From assembly GCF_029250625.1 (NCBI RefSeq), contig NZ_JAQXEX010000080.1: a stretch of DNA of 64,000 nt; one strand, given 5' to 3'. Under the pieces are notes generated by a model that made no database searches, was not told the DNA's origin, and saw only the letters and a program-made list of their open reading frames with translations. Source of the stretch: Poseidonia sp. (GTDB lineage Archaea > Thermoplasmatota > Poseidoniia > Poseidoniales > Poseidoniaceae). The position numbers and the translations under genes are program-made. This document shows positions 43,669-53,338 of this stretch, piece after piece. Positions within the stretch are counted from its first letter, which is position 1. Every line of letters starts with the position of its first letter.

Positions 43669-44799
43669 ATGGCTGACAAACGAGACTATTACGATGTCTT
43701 GGGCGTTGAGCGGTCAGCAAGCGAAAGTGACCTCAAAAATGCCTTCAGGCGATTGGCGAGGAAATACCATCCCGACCGCAGTACAGAAGAGGATGCTGAG
43801 GACCGTTTCAAAGAACTTCAAGAAGCATATGCGGTACTATCAGACCAGCAGAAGCGGGCCCAATACGACCGCTTTGGTCATGACAGTCCACAGGGCAACC
43901 CGTTCGGTGGATTTGGTGGCGGAGGATTCAACATCAATCTTGAAGACTTGCTCGGTGGAGACTTTTTCTCAAACATGTTTGGCGGTGGTGGCAGAGGCAG
44001 GAGTCGGGAGCGTCGTGGAAGTGACATTCTCATCCGCCATTCAATTGACCTCAAAGACGTTCTTGACCAATCGGAAAAAGAAATCGTTCTCGATTTGCCT
44101 GAAGCCTGTGGTTCTTGCGAAGGGACCGGGGCGAAGGACGGAGAAATGAGTTCGTGTCAACGCTGTGGTGGGCAAGGACAAGTCCGTGTGCGTCAACAAG
44201 TTGGCCCGTTCATTCAACAATCGGTTCAGCCATGCGGAGAATGTTCAGGACGAGGCAACATCAGCGACAATCCTTGTGGAGATTGCAGCGGTTCAGGCCA
44301 AGACATGAAAAGCAAGACTCTTCGGTTCAGTGTACCACTCGGTGCCGAAGACGGCACTCGTCTTCGTATGCGTGGGAACGGTGAGCCTGCTCCTCATGGC
44401 CAAGGTCAGCCTGGAGACCTGTTCATCGAACTTGAGATTGAACAACACCCTTGGTTTGAACGGAGCGGTTCGGATTTGATCATGTCGCTTCCTCTTGGAT
44501 ACACGGACATGGTCACAGGAACGACCATCTCAATCGAACACATGGACGGAAAAACATTGGACATCAAAATACCAGCAATGTCCAATTCGGGAGAAACCAT
44601 CACTGTAAGCAAGAGAGGATTGCCCCGTCAGCGAGGCTCAGGGCGTGGTGACGTGATCGTTCTCCTCAAACTGCACATGCCCAAAAAATTACCCAAAGCT
44701 ACGAAGAAAGCGCTCGCTGCGCTCAAAGAAAGCCTGTCGCCAAAGGACGTTACACAAAGCATTCTCGATGACGCTGTTGACCGAAGGACTCGGTCTTGA
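43669..44799 (+). CDS. dnaJ: molecular chaperone DnaJ (type I Hsp40)
   Basis: J domain DYYDVLGVERSASESDLKNAFRRLARKYHPD, G/F-rich linker, and four CxxCxGxG zinc-finger repeats (CGSCEGTG, CQRCGGQG, CGECSGRG, CGDCSGSG). ATG at 43669. Confidence 0.93.
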   Translation: MADKRDYYDVLGVERSASESDLKNAFRRLARKYHPDRSTEEDAEDRFKELQEAYAVLSDQQKRAQYDRFGHDSPQGNPFGGFGGGGFNINLEDLLGGDFFSNMFGGGGRGRSRERRGSDILIRHSIDLKDVLDQSEKEIVLDLPEACGSCEGTGAKDGEMSSCQRCGGQGQVRVRQQVGPFIQQSVQPCGECSGRGNISDNPCGDCSGSGQDMKSKTLRFSVPLGAEDGTRLRMRGNGEPAPHGQGQPGDLFIELEIEQHPWFERSGSDLIMSLPLGYTDMVTGTTISIEHMDGKTLDIKIPAMSNSGETITVSKRGLPRQRGSGRGDVIVLLKLHMPKKLPKATKKALAALKESLSPKDVTQSILDDAVDRRTRS

Positions 44800-44800
44800 T

Positions 44801-47017
44801 TCATTCCTCTTCATCTCGCGTGAAGGTCGTAGGGATTCGTGAAGCGAATGGAATCGTGTCCATTCTACCGTTGAGTTCAATATCAACGGCTGGTGCATCG
44901 CCTTCCAATTCGACCATCAGGAACATTCGATGTCCCTGTTTGAGCGTGTCAAGGAAGACCTCTTCACCCTGGAATAAGAACCGAGGTTCAACATGACGCA
45001 CCGTGTAAGCAGCGCCACCGGGGGCATCAAAACGAATCGCTGCTAGGTCCCATTCACCATCAAGGACGTGAATCCCGAGGACGAGAGGCCAAGTACCTGG
45101 GGTTTTGGCCATTCGCTTGTCAATTCTCCAAACAGCGAGGTCCAAACCTTCGGTTCGGTGATGGAGTGATGGCTTACCCCATGTCTCCAACCCGTCCTCC
45201 CACTGAAGTTGTGCAACCGCATAAAGTGCTCGTACCAAATCTTTCTGCGAAGCGGTAACATTGGCCTCGCCGGAATCCAATCGTGTTCTGTACCAGGCAA
45301 GTCGTTCCTTCTTGGAAAAAATCTCCCGGCCATAGGTGCGGCTTCGTTGCAAATGTACGAGGAGGTAAACGCCCGGGATGAGGAATGCAGTCCCTAGAAC
45401 CCATCGAGCCACTCCACCCCAAAAGACAGCATCTTCACTCGGAGGGAACCAAGGCTCCTCTCCCTCATCAATCAGTGAATAACTGGGCGTAAGCGTGTAG
45501 TCAATTGATGGAACATCGCTTCCCCATGCATGTTGGGTCAAGGCACTGGAATTATTGGCTCTAATTTGGAGGTAATGTGTCCCTCTGCCAACCTGCATGC
45601 TGATTCGAAGTGAGTCGCTTGTGACAACGGAAGGGGCCGTGTCAAGAACTTCTGAAGTCATTTGGTCAATATCCCAAAGTTGTGCTTCAATTTCAGAAAT
45701 GTTTCCTGTTATGGTGAATTGGATGAAATGAACTGAATCCTCCCATCCATCAACGACGAACCGATAGGTGTCGACGGTGTCATGGACGGCCAAGGTCAGT
45801 TCTCCTGAACTCGCATCGGTGAGGTTGATGGCTGGCCATGAGGTATTGTCAAGACCAAGCGTGGCGGGAAGATACGAAGGAGCATCAAGCCAGGCATTGT
45901 TATCGGAGTATTCATTGGTTTGGAGCTCCAGAGAAAACACTGGGACATCGCTGATGACAATGCGACCGCCAATGTTTCCCGGATAGGGATAGATGGTGCG
46001 TGATTCTCCTTCCTCAACAGTATCGGACTGGCCGGTGACCCACGTTCCATTGAGCAGTTGGTCTACACGTAGAGTGATTTGGCCCAAGCGGCTGTGGAGT
46101 TCAAGTGATTGTGTTTCATTCCAATCGAAAGCAGATATTGTGGAGCCGTGACCGAGAAGTTCTGCCCCATAAATGAGGTCCTGACCGATGAGGGGAGTTG
46201 TCGGCACATTGGTGTGGATCATGGCGTGAGCGGTCCAAAGAGCGGGGTATACCGGACTTGAAATCCGAACGATAAATCGTCCGTAATCTGGTGCTGTCCA
46301 CCATTCTACGGGAATCGGTAAGCCGTTAAGTTCCGTGTGTCCCGTTGTACTTGTTAGGGTGGTTTCAAACATGATTTCATCCGTCATGTTTTGGAAATAA
46401 ACAGTAACTGCTGTCTCTTCAGTAGTGTCCAGCCACTGCCATTCCAAAGTGTCTCCACTGCTTACATCAATTGTCATGTATTCATCAGAGGATGAATTGA
46501 CGACACCGGATTGCAACATGTCGAGGTCTGTACTGTCATCAACGACTGCAGCCAACGTACCCCGTAGAGTGTCCATGCAATCCGCTGCTTCGGTGCAGAT
46601 GCCGATTGGGTGGTGCGATGATGCATCAGAGGGTCCCGGTCTGACATGAGGGAAAGCGTCCAACACGCCGTGGTGGAGGGTGAATTGTACGGTCTCTGTT
46701 TCGGTTGTAGCAATGTTCACAGCGATTGTAGTGGTGTTCACGGAGAACAGTTCCATACGTTCGCTTCCAGATGCGTTCGTGTCATCTCCGGTCAAACTCC
46801 CCGTGCATGCTTGACAGTTGAGCGTGAGTTGAATGAAACTGTTTTCATCAACATCCACTGTGGTCTCATATGAGTTGTTTTGGTCCAAAGACACGACAAA
46901 AATACGCCCTTCAATCACCGTCGGTTCTGGATTTGATGCGTTGGCAAGTGGGAGGGTTGAGGTGGCTACAAGGATCATCAGGAAGAGAGTCAAGGATGGC
47001 GTCCATATTCTTCCCAT
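44801..47017 (-). CDS. single-pass surface protein with ~190-aa cytoplasmic domain
   Basis: Signal peptide is LTLFLMILVATSTLPLANASNPEP. It has a Thr/Asp-rich ectodomain, a TM (WVLGTAFLIPGVYLLVHL) and an uncharacterised C-terminal domain. No family recognised. Confidence 0.7.
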   Translation of the reverse strand: MGRIWTPSLTLFLMILVATSTLPLANASNPEPTVIEGRIFVVSLDQNNSYETTVDVDENSFIQLTLNCQACTGSLTGDDTNASGSERMELFSVNTTTIAVNIATTETETVQFTLHHGVLDAFPHVRPGPSDASSHHPIGICTEAADCMDTLRGTLAAVVDDSTDLDMLQSGVVNSSSDEYMTIDVSSGDTLEWQWLDTTEETAVTVYFQNMTDEIMFETTLTSTTGHTELNGLPIPVEWWTAPDYGRFIVRISSPVYPALWTAHAMIHTNVPTTPLIGQDLIYGAELLGHGSTISAFDWNETQSLELHSRLGQITLRVDQLLNGTWVTGQSDTVEEGESRTIYPYPGNIGGRIVISDVPVFSLELQTNEYSDNNAWLDAPSYLPATLGLDNTSWPAINLTDASSGELTLAVHDTVDTYRFVVDGWEDSVHFIQFTITGNISEIEAQLWDIDQMTSEVLDTAPSVVTSDSLRISMQVGRGTHYLQIRANNSSALTQHAWGSDVPSIDYTLTPSYSLIDEGEEPWFPPSEDAVFWGGVARWVLGTAFLIPGVYLLVHLQRSRTYGREIFSKKERLAWYRTRLDSGEANVTASQKDLVRALYAVAQLQWEDGLETWGKPSLHHRTEGLDLAVWRIDKRMAKTPGTWPLVLGIHVLDGEWDLAAIRFDAPGGAAYTVRHVEPRFLFQGEEVFLDTLKQGHRMFLMVELEGDAPAVDIELNGRMDTIPFASRIPTTFTRDEEE

Positions 47018-47102
47018 GCCTTTGGGGCTGCGGCGAAGTCTTTCAAATTCACTGCTAAATGTTGTTCAAACCCTTGAAGAAGCAAAGGCGGCACGGCGTA
47101 CC

Positions 47103-48875
47103 ATGACGGGCCCTCTTGCACGCACAGTCCTCCACCGGCTTCGATTTGCTCGGATATGGGGCTTAGGTGACCGAAAGGCACCAGCAAGTACTACCCCATG
47201 CCTCGTACTGATGGAAGGCGACCCTTCGCTGGACGTCGCCTATGCCTCGTTTGAAACTCAAAAGACAAACGAACTTCCCGCACGGCTTCAACTTACGGCA
47301 CGGTGCCCGTTATCCCCTCCTGATTTCAGCGTCAACTCCCCTGTGTACGATGTGAACATCGGACACGTTCTGCCTCCATCTCTCGAAGAGGCAAATGCGG
47401 GAGAAGAACAAGGGACTTCACCCTTGCTTCCGGTGTCTTGGCAGCGAATGAACCATGATTCGTCGCTTATGGATGATGACTTGAAACCAGAAATTGTTGT
47501 TCTTACTGATGCGGTTCAATTGGCGGCTCAACCTGGAAAATTGGTTGATGCACTTATGGTTCTCAAACAACAATTCCCTGGTGCATTGATTTGGACCCCG
47601 GGTTTAGGCGGCCCGGACAACGCTGCGGTACTGACATGGATGGGCGTTGACTTGTTTGACATGGGTCGAAGTCACGAGGCATCTTCATCTGGAGTCTTGT
47701 TAACCGTACAAGGGCCGCGATACCCTTTGGCGCACGAAACTGTTGACATGGAGGCCCAAAGCCGACATTGGATTCAGTCGCTTGACGAGGTTCGTTCAGC
47801 CCTCCAGACAGGAACCTTGCGTACTCTCGTTGAGCGACAGTCTCTCTCCAGTCCTCGGCTCGTGGAGCACCTCAGATACCACGATAAGGCAGCGTCAAAG
47901 GTCAAAGGGCTTCTTTCTTCACACGTGGGTCGTGATGTGCGTTTCCCGTGCTATTCAACGACCATGCTTGAGGAACCCCTCGTGACCGATTGGGAACGAT
48001 TTATGACCACACAATACGAAGCTCCTTCTGAAGTCCGCGAGGTCATGATTTTGCTTCCCTGCTCAGCACGAAAGCCGTATCGTCTTTCGCGTTCTCACAG
48101 CCGCTTCATACAGGCCATACAATCCACAGCATGTCATGAAGTGATGATGACCTCCCCGCTCGGTCTCGTTCCTCGGGACCTTGAAGATGTATGGCCTGCA
48201 TCACAATACGATGTCCCCGTCACGGGTGACTGGAATCGTGATGAATTGGCCCGTGTTGAGCGAATGCTCCGTAACCTCGTTGAACGAACCGGCTACAAGC
48301 GGGTCATCAACCACACCGATATGGACCTCTCATTCCTTGAATGTGAGGTGGTTGAAACACGACAGGGTCGTGGAGCCGGTTCCCATGATGCCTTGAACGA
48401 TTTGAAATTGGCCGTCAAAGATGCCGTCCAAACCTATGAATTGCGAAATCAAAAGAATTCGCTTCGTCTTCGAGCCAATTACATGAGTGTTGCTCGGAAA
48501 AACATGCGCAGTGATGAGTGGCTCAAGGGTGTGGCTGTGCGAGGTAAGGTCCCTCGCTGGCGTTTGGAACGGGATGGCGTACAAGTTGCGGTATGGTCCA
48601 TTGATCGCAACGGATTTTCATTCTCCAAATCCTCCATTGACCTCCTCCATGAACACGATGCCCTGCCCAACATCGAAATCAAGAGCGGGCTCACATGGAA
48701 AGGAGATGTATTCTCTCACATGGTTGCTGCATACGACCCGAGCATTCGTCAGGGAGATGACCTCTTGGTCGTTCAAGACGGTAAGGTTCTGGGACTCGCT
48801 CGAGCAGTTGCTGCAGGGTGGGAATGGAAGGGCACTCCCGGCACTCTTGCAAAGTCACACCAACGCAAAAAGTAA
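47103..48875 (+). CDS. arcS: archaeosine synthase (ArcS/TgtA2-like; TGT-like + DUF5591 + PUA)
   Basis: ILLPCSARKPYRLSRSHSRF is DUF5591-like. The TGT-like segment reads IWTPGLGGPDNAAVLTWMGVDLFD. The C-terminal PUA-like segment is GDDLLVVQDGKVLGLARAV. Start is uncertain: 47103 leaves an AT-richer divergent promoter region, whereas 47016 would overlap the opposite gene's ATG. Confidence 0.78.
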   Translation: MTGPLARTVLHRLRFARIWGLGDRKAPASTTPCLVLMEGDPSLDVAYASFETQKTNELPARLQLTARCPLSPPDFSVNSPVYDVNIGHVLPPSLEEANAGEEQGTSPLLPVSWQRMNHDSSLMDDDLKPEIVVLTDAVQLAAQPGKLVDALMVLKQQFPGALIWTPGLGGPDNAAVLTWMGVDLFDMGRSHEASSSGVLLTVQGPRYPLAHETVDMEAQSRHWIQSLDEVRSALQTGTLRTLVERQSLSSPRLVEHLRYHDKAASKVKGLLSSHVGRDVRFPCYSTTMLEEPLVTDWERFMTTQYEAPSEVREVMILLPCSARKPYRLSRSHSRFIQAIQSTACHEVMMTSPLGLVPRDLEDVWPASQYDVPVTGDWNRDELARVERMLRNLVERTGYKRVINHTDMDLSFLECEVVETRQGRGAGSHDALNDLKLAVKDAVQTYELRNQKNSLRLRANYMSVARKNMRSDEWLKGVAVRGKVPRWRLERDGVQVAVWSIDRNGFSFSKSSIDLLHEHDALPNIEIKSGLTWKGDVFSHMVAAYDPSIRQGDDLLVVQDGKVLGLARAVAAGWEWKGTPGTLAKSHQRKK

Positions 48876-48959
48876 GCCCGCATGACAAGGTTCTGCGCCA
48901 TGGTGTTGCGGAGTGATTAAGAAGGGGAGATTATTCGGAAGGCCACTTGGTGATTGTAA

Positions 48960-49418
48960 ATGGCACGAATGTTCAAGTCCCGAAAAGGTCAAAGTGGCTC
49001 CTCCCGACCCCATGTAAGCGACGCTCCAGATTGGTCCAATACGGACAAATCAGCCGTTACATCCCTCATTCTTGACCTTGCCAAGTCCGGCAAATCAACA
49101 GCAGAAATTGGTACAATTCTCCGTGATAAGCACGCCGTTCCCGACGTCCGTTTGGTCCTCGGAATGCGCATCGGCCAAGTCCTCAAAGAAAACGACATGA
49201 CCGGTAGTTACCCTGAGGATATGATGAACCTCATGCGTCAGGCTGTCGCTATCATTAACCACCTTGGTTCTGGAAACCACAAAGACATTCACAACAAGCG
49301 AGCCTTGGAAATCACAGAATCCAAGATTCGCCGCTTGGCCAATTACTACAAAGGCGAAAGTCGCCTCCCAAGTGACTGGCGATACAAGCGAGATGAACTC
49401 CGCCTAATGGTTGAGTGA
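48960..49418 (+). CDS. rps15: 30S ribosomal protein S15 (uS15, archaeal S15P/S13e type)
   Basis: 152 aa. MARMFKSRKGQSGSSRP N-terminal extension and C-terminal ...HNKRALEITESKIRRLANYYK are typical of archaeal uS15. Confidence 0.93.
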   Translation: MARMFKSRKGQSGSSRPHVSDAPDWSNTDKSAVTSLILDLAKSGKSTAEIGTILRDKHAVPDVRLVLGMRIGQVLKENDMTGSYPEDMMNLMRQAVAIINHLGSGNHKDIHNKRALEITESKIRRLANYYKGESRLPSDWRYKRDELRLMVE

Positions 49419-49436
49419 AGCAACATTGGAATCAAC

Positions 49437-49462
49437 CCCCTCAAGGTCAACTTGATGAGGGG
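49437..49462 (+). terminator. hairpin after rps15 (7-bp stem CCCCTCA/TGAGGGG, 12-nt loop)
   Basis: Read directly, 19 nt after the rps15 stop. Archaeal terminators are usually T-tracts, so a terminator role is uncertain. Confidence 0.2.
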
Positions 49463-49489
49463 TAGCAGCCTAAGAGTTACGGGACCCCC

Positions 49490-50413
49490 ATGCGAAGCCT
49501 CTTAGAAACGTCATTTTTTGATGAATCGAAAGATCGTCTCATGAAACAGGTTGCACGCATTCAAAGCGCCACCATGATTCATCTTCATGCCCCTTCAACG
49601 CTCATTGGCATTTTAGCACTCGGCCAACTTGAGGCCGCTTGTCTCGATGCAGGACTCAAATACCGCCGCCGATTTTATCCTGCAGGTCATCATCGTCCTC
49701 GCGACGAACAACTTACCATTCCCGCTCCCGCAACGGGTTTGGGGGTTGTCGTTCTTCCCGAAGAAGAGACGTGGCAGTTGGGAGACCTCAAAGAAGAGGA
49801 TTTGGTCCGAATTGTACCGTTAGCAGCTCAGGTGCAACTCGGCGCCCAAAACAGAATTCATCACGGTGCCTTGGATTGTGTCATTCAAGCATCTGCGCTT
49901 GCTTCCTGCTTGGCTCCAAACGGTAGGCGTGTTCGTCAAATGCGACCGTTTTCGTCACTGGGTCTTTGGCTGCGAGATTCACTGGATGCTACCATTGACC
50001 CCATTTACACTGCCGTCAACATGCACCTCAAGGAGGAAGGAAGCGTTCGTATGGTTGCTCTTCCTGAGGTCAAAGCACCTCAACCGAACATGATTCCAGG
50101 TCTGGCTGAACGCCGCCTCAAAAAATTGCATGGTGCATGGGCTAGAATGGATGTGGAACAGCGAACACAAGCTTTGAGCGAACTTGCACTACCTTGCTTG
50201 ACAGACATGACCCTCTCAACACCCCGGCTTGAGGAATTGTTGTGGCATCGGATGTTGGTTGGTGATGTAGAAGTAGATTTAGCCAGCCAGGTTTTTGCAG
50301 CGCAGCATACGTGGCCTGAGGGGCTCAACGAAGAGCGCTTGCACGCATCAAAACTCATCGATAAGTGGCTCCAAACGGGACATTTGGATGTGGAACTTGA
50401 AGCGACGGGTTGA
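49490..50413 (+). CDS. hypothetical protein (position after rps15 recalls archaeal RecJ/DHH-like genes, but no DHH motifs are seen)
   Basis: Intact 307-aa ORF with an ATG start. No catalytic motif recognised. Confidence 0.5.
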   Translation: MRSLLETSFFDESKDRLMKQVARIQSATMIHLHAPSTLIGILALGQLEAACLDAGLKYRRRFYPAGHHRPRDEQLTIPAPATGLGVVVLPEEETWQLGDLKEEDLVRIVPLAAQVQLGAQNRIHHGALDCVIQASALASCLAPNGRRVRQMRPFSSLGLWLRDSLDATIDPIYTAVNMHLKEEGSVRMVALPEVKAPQPNMIPGLAERRLKKLHGAWARMDVEQRTQALSELALPCLTDMTLSTPRLEELLWHRMLVGDVEVDLASQVFAAQHTWPEGLNEERLHASKLIDKWLQTGHLDVELEATG

Positions 50414-50438
50414 AACATCATCCCCCCATCCCCCTACC

Positions 50439-50789
50439 ATGGCCATTGAACGATTGTTGACTGGAAGTATCCAAAATCAAATACAGGACTTGATGTCAAC
50501 TGAAGACCTCGTCATTGAAGCCTTTCGGGATCTTGTGAAGGATGAGCTCAAAGCCCATATAAGGGCGAAGGTCGAGGAGGACCCCGATTTGAAGGCAGAA
50601 ATAAAAGAAGCCGTGGCCTATTATTTCCATTCAAAGGCCCGAAGCATTTACGCTGAACTCAAAGCAACACGTGCTGCAACACGCCTAGGACTGCGATTGC
50701 TTCCCGATGAACTCCAGGGTGAAGTTGGAGAGGCTTTGGTCACCTTGTTTGAAAAAGAACTTGGCGAACTCCTTGAGAAGGCACTTTAG
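50439..50789 (+). CDS. hypothetical small helical protein
   Basis: The ATG at 50439 (MAIERLLTGSIQ...) avoids overlap with the upstream gene. Charged, helix-prone sequence. Confidence 0.45.
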   Translation: MAIERLLTGSIQNQIQDLMSTEDLVIEAFRDLVKDELKAHIRAKVEEDPDLKAEIKEAVAYYFHSKARSIYAELKATRAATRLGLRLLPDELQGEVGEALVTLFEKELGELLEKAL

Positions 50790-50855
50790 TCAGATTTCGG
50801 CCCAAATAAGAGTTCAAGTTATGTGCCGGAGAACTTTCGGCGTTTTGTCGGTCTT

Positions 50856-52889
50856 ATGCGTACAGCATCATTCATCATCTTCATCCTAGTAGGAACAATG
50901 GTTCTGCCGTTTGTTTCACCAACGGTGCAGGCCGCTGGCGAGCAAGATGATGTCATCGTTTGCTGCGATGCCTCTACCGTTGAATTGTACCTTCTGGGAA
51001 GCGACAGCAACAAACAATTAACACCGTTTTTCGCTGAATTAAGTGCAGAATCTCAGGCGATATCAATGAAAAACTCGATTTCATCTCAAGAGACCGTTGG
51101 TAAATGGACGCTTTCCAATTCATGGGGGGGTGAAGTGCCAAGTTCCACTTGGTCGTTCTCCATGGGGTATGAAGTCTCAGGAGCCGCAGGTGCCCAAATT
51201 AACGCCACAGTTTCCATCGCCATCGGTTCCAAGAGTTACAGTGCCCAAACCGACCCCAGCGGCTCGATTCTCGGCCAAGGAAAAGGTTCTCTTGATTTCT
51301 CAATTAATGTGGACGAAACCTTCACGCTTGCTGAATCATCAACTGTCGTTCTGGAACTGAAAGTACAGACCCTCCTCTTTTCCTTCCCAGAAGGAACCGA
51401 TGCAGAGCTTATCTTCCTGTGGGGTGGAGAGAACGACCCCTCGTCAATTGTGGGGACATTACCGCTTCTTGATATCATGATGCCCGAGCCAGAAATTGAA
51501 GGTTCAGATGTTTACCTAGCCGTGAAGCTCGACTCACCTTGGGGCCTTTCAACACTGGCGCTTGCAGAATCGATAAGTCTCAGTGTCAACGGTGCTGAAG
51601 TGACCGGAGACCCGATTGAAACGGCCAGTGGCGATACCGTCCGGGTCACATGGACATGGACCAAAGCAATTGGCGGAATTGAATCCATTGATGTCGCTGT
51701 TTCATTGAAATTCCAGCCTGATCAGCCCGAACTTCAAGGTTCCACGACATTTGAAATTGAAACCTTTGACACCAATTCAGGCACTGGTACGTATTACCCT
51801 CCAGATGAACCCCTGCGCACCAACGGTGATGGAAGTTCCCTCGTCGTAGACATCCAAATGGACCTTTCAAAAGATGGAGATACGTTGCTCTTGAGGAAAG
51901 TTACTACGCTCACTATCGGTGATGAAATGGCTTTTTGGATGCGTTGGGGGATGGACCACATTGGGGATGAAAACCCAGCTCTTTCTTCTACCCTTCGTGC
52001 CTTTTCTGAAGGTTCAGTTTCTGAAGAGGACCGAGTGAGTCGTTCCATTGAGGAGACCGAAATAGGAGAGTTTGAGCGCCAAATGGTGAGCCTCGGTCCC
52101 ATGTACCTCTCTGGTGGACTTGGAATTCAAGCGGAAGATTTGCTCGGAGTATTCCGTGAATTTTCTTCATTGAAAGTGGACTTGGACCTCAACGGTGAGA
52201 CTGCAGTCGTCAACCATCCCGTCACCCTTCGTTTTTCAACGACTGAAGTCGTTGCAGAAGGGACACAAGTGGATTTGATCAATCAATTCATTATCGTTCA
52301 GCCGGCACCGCTATGGAGTTCGTTTTCATTGTCTCTTACCGCCAAAACATCATCATTTACCTCACTAAGCAACAATGTGTTGAGGGAATCGACTCAATTT
52401 CAACTGTCAATTCTCCGAATGCCTTGGGGCGATGAAATCACCTTGGAGGGTGAAGGGATCTCACAAGATGAGGCGTTCCGTTTGAACTCCGTGCCCACTT
52501 CAGCAGTATCGTTCACTCCAATGCCTCTGACGCTTCTTTCAGTGTTTGGTCTGCTCGGTGCGTTCATGGTGGGGATGCGAATCACTCGCCAACGAAAGCG
52601 AACCGTCATGTACACTGAACTTGTTCTTGTTCCAGTTGTCGGACTCGTTCTTGTTCTTGGTTACCCCGCTATTTTTGTTGGGGGTGCAGTGATTGCAAGC
52701 ACCTTGATTTGGTGGGTTACGGCAATAGCAAGTCCTCGTTTGAGTCCTCGTAACCGACGCCAGTCTCAGAACGCTTATCCAACCATTCCGTGCCCTGCTT
52801 GTCAGGTCTCCAATCCGGTTACCTCAACTGAACGTCCACATCGATTTGCCTGTGCAGGCTGCCAGCGCATCATCCGACTAGAAGCCTGA
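50856..52889 (+). CDS. surface protein with C-terminal multi-TM region and cytoplasmic zinc ribbon
   Basis: The ATG at 50856 gives the signal MRTASFIIFILVGTMVLPFVSPTVQAAGE. The ectodomain is Ser/Thr-rich. C-terminal TMs are LTLLSVFGLLGAFMVGM and LVLVPVVGLVLVLGYPAIFVGGAVIASTLIWWV. The terminus is CPACQ...(16 aa)...CAGCQ. Confidence 0.65.
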   Translation: MRTASFIIFILVGTMVLPFVSPTVQAAGEQDDVIVCCDASTVELYLLGSDSNKQLTPFFAELSAESQAISMKNSISSQETVGKWTLSNSWGGEVPSSTWSFSMGYEVSGAAGAQINATVSIAIGSKSYSAQTDPSGSILGQGKGSLDFSINVDETFTLAESSTVVLELKVQTLLFSFPEGTDAELIFLWGGENDPSSIVGTLPLLDIMMPEPEIEGSDVYLAVKLDSPWGLSTLALAESISLSVNGAEVTGDPIETASGDTVRVTWTWTKAIGGIESIDVAVSLKFQPDQPELQGSTTFEIETFDTNSGTGTYYPPDEPLRTNGDGSSLVVDIQMDLSKDGDTLLLRKVTTLTIGDEMAFWMRWGMDHIGDENPALSSTLRAFSEGSVSEEDRVSRSIEETEIGEFERQMVSLGPMYLSGGLGIQAEDLLGVFREFSSLKVDLDLNGETAVVNHPVTLRFSTTEVVAEGTQVDLINQFIIVQPAPLWSSFSLSLTAKTSSFTSLSNNVLRESTQFQLSILRMPWGDEITLEGEGISQDEAFRLNSVPTSAVSFTPMPLTLLSVFGLLGAFMVGMRITRQRKRTVMYTELVLVPVVGLVLVLGYPAIFVGGAVIASTLIWWVTAIASPRLSPRNRRQSQNAYPTIPCPACQVSNPVTSTERPHRFACAGCQRIIRLEA

Positions 52890-53300
52890 TCAGAGCTTGA
52901 GGTCTTGCAGGTTTGAAACCAAATTTACTGCGTCTTGATAATCACCGGGTGAAAAGTATCCTACAAATTCTTCATTCTCGTCAACGGCAACGACAGCCTG
53001 CGGGCTGCGTAGCTTAATGTTCTCAAGGACAGCTTTGAGTTTGTCATCAAGATGAACGACCATGAAATCCATCTCCATGTGAGCATGGCAGGCTGCGGTT
53101 GATGCATCAACTCCTTCACTCAGTGCCTTGAGCATTTGGCGTTGACCGATTACACCTTGGACATGGTTCGAATCGTCAAGGACAACCAAGATGCCTCCAG
53201 AAATACTGAGGAGACGCTTTGCTCCCTCTTGCAGGCTATCTTGACCTCCGATTGTACTGTGTTCGTCGTCAAGTTGCAAACTGGAAACTGTCTTGGCCAT
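52890..53300 (-). CDS. CBS-domain protein
   Basis: Two CBS-like units (ILVVLDDSNHVQGVIGQRQMLKAL and AVVAVDENEEFVGYFSPGDY). ATG at 53300. Confidence 0.75.
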   Translation of the reverse strand: MAKTVSSLQLDDEHSTIGGQDSLQEGAKRLLSISGGILVVLDDSNHVQGVIGQRQMLKALSEGVDASTAACHAHMEMDFMVVHLDDKLKAVLENIKLRSPQAVVAVDENEEFVGYFSPGDYQDAVNLVSNLQDLKL

Positions 53301-53338
53301 GTTTGTCCCACGGAGCAAGTCTTCTATCTAACTTGCTT

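Noticed and set aside
46833-47102. The 5' extension of the arcS ORF given in the track (start 46833), and the CATG arrangement where + ATG 47016 and - ATG 47017 overlap
   Set aside because: 46833-47015 lies inside the well-supported signal-peptide end of the opposite-strand 738-aa gene. The 47016 start is possible but leaves no promoter space. The AT-richer 47018-47102 segment looks intergenic, so 47103 was preferred, with the start left uncertain.
49490-50413. Annotating the ORF after rps15 as a RecJ/DHH-family (GAN-like) nuclease
   Set aside because: Only the gene position suggests it. The DHH and GGGH motifs are not visible in the translation, so it is left as hypothetical.
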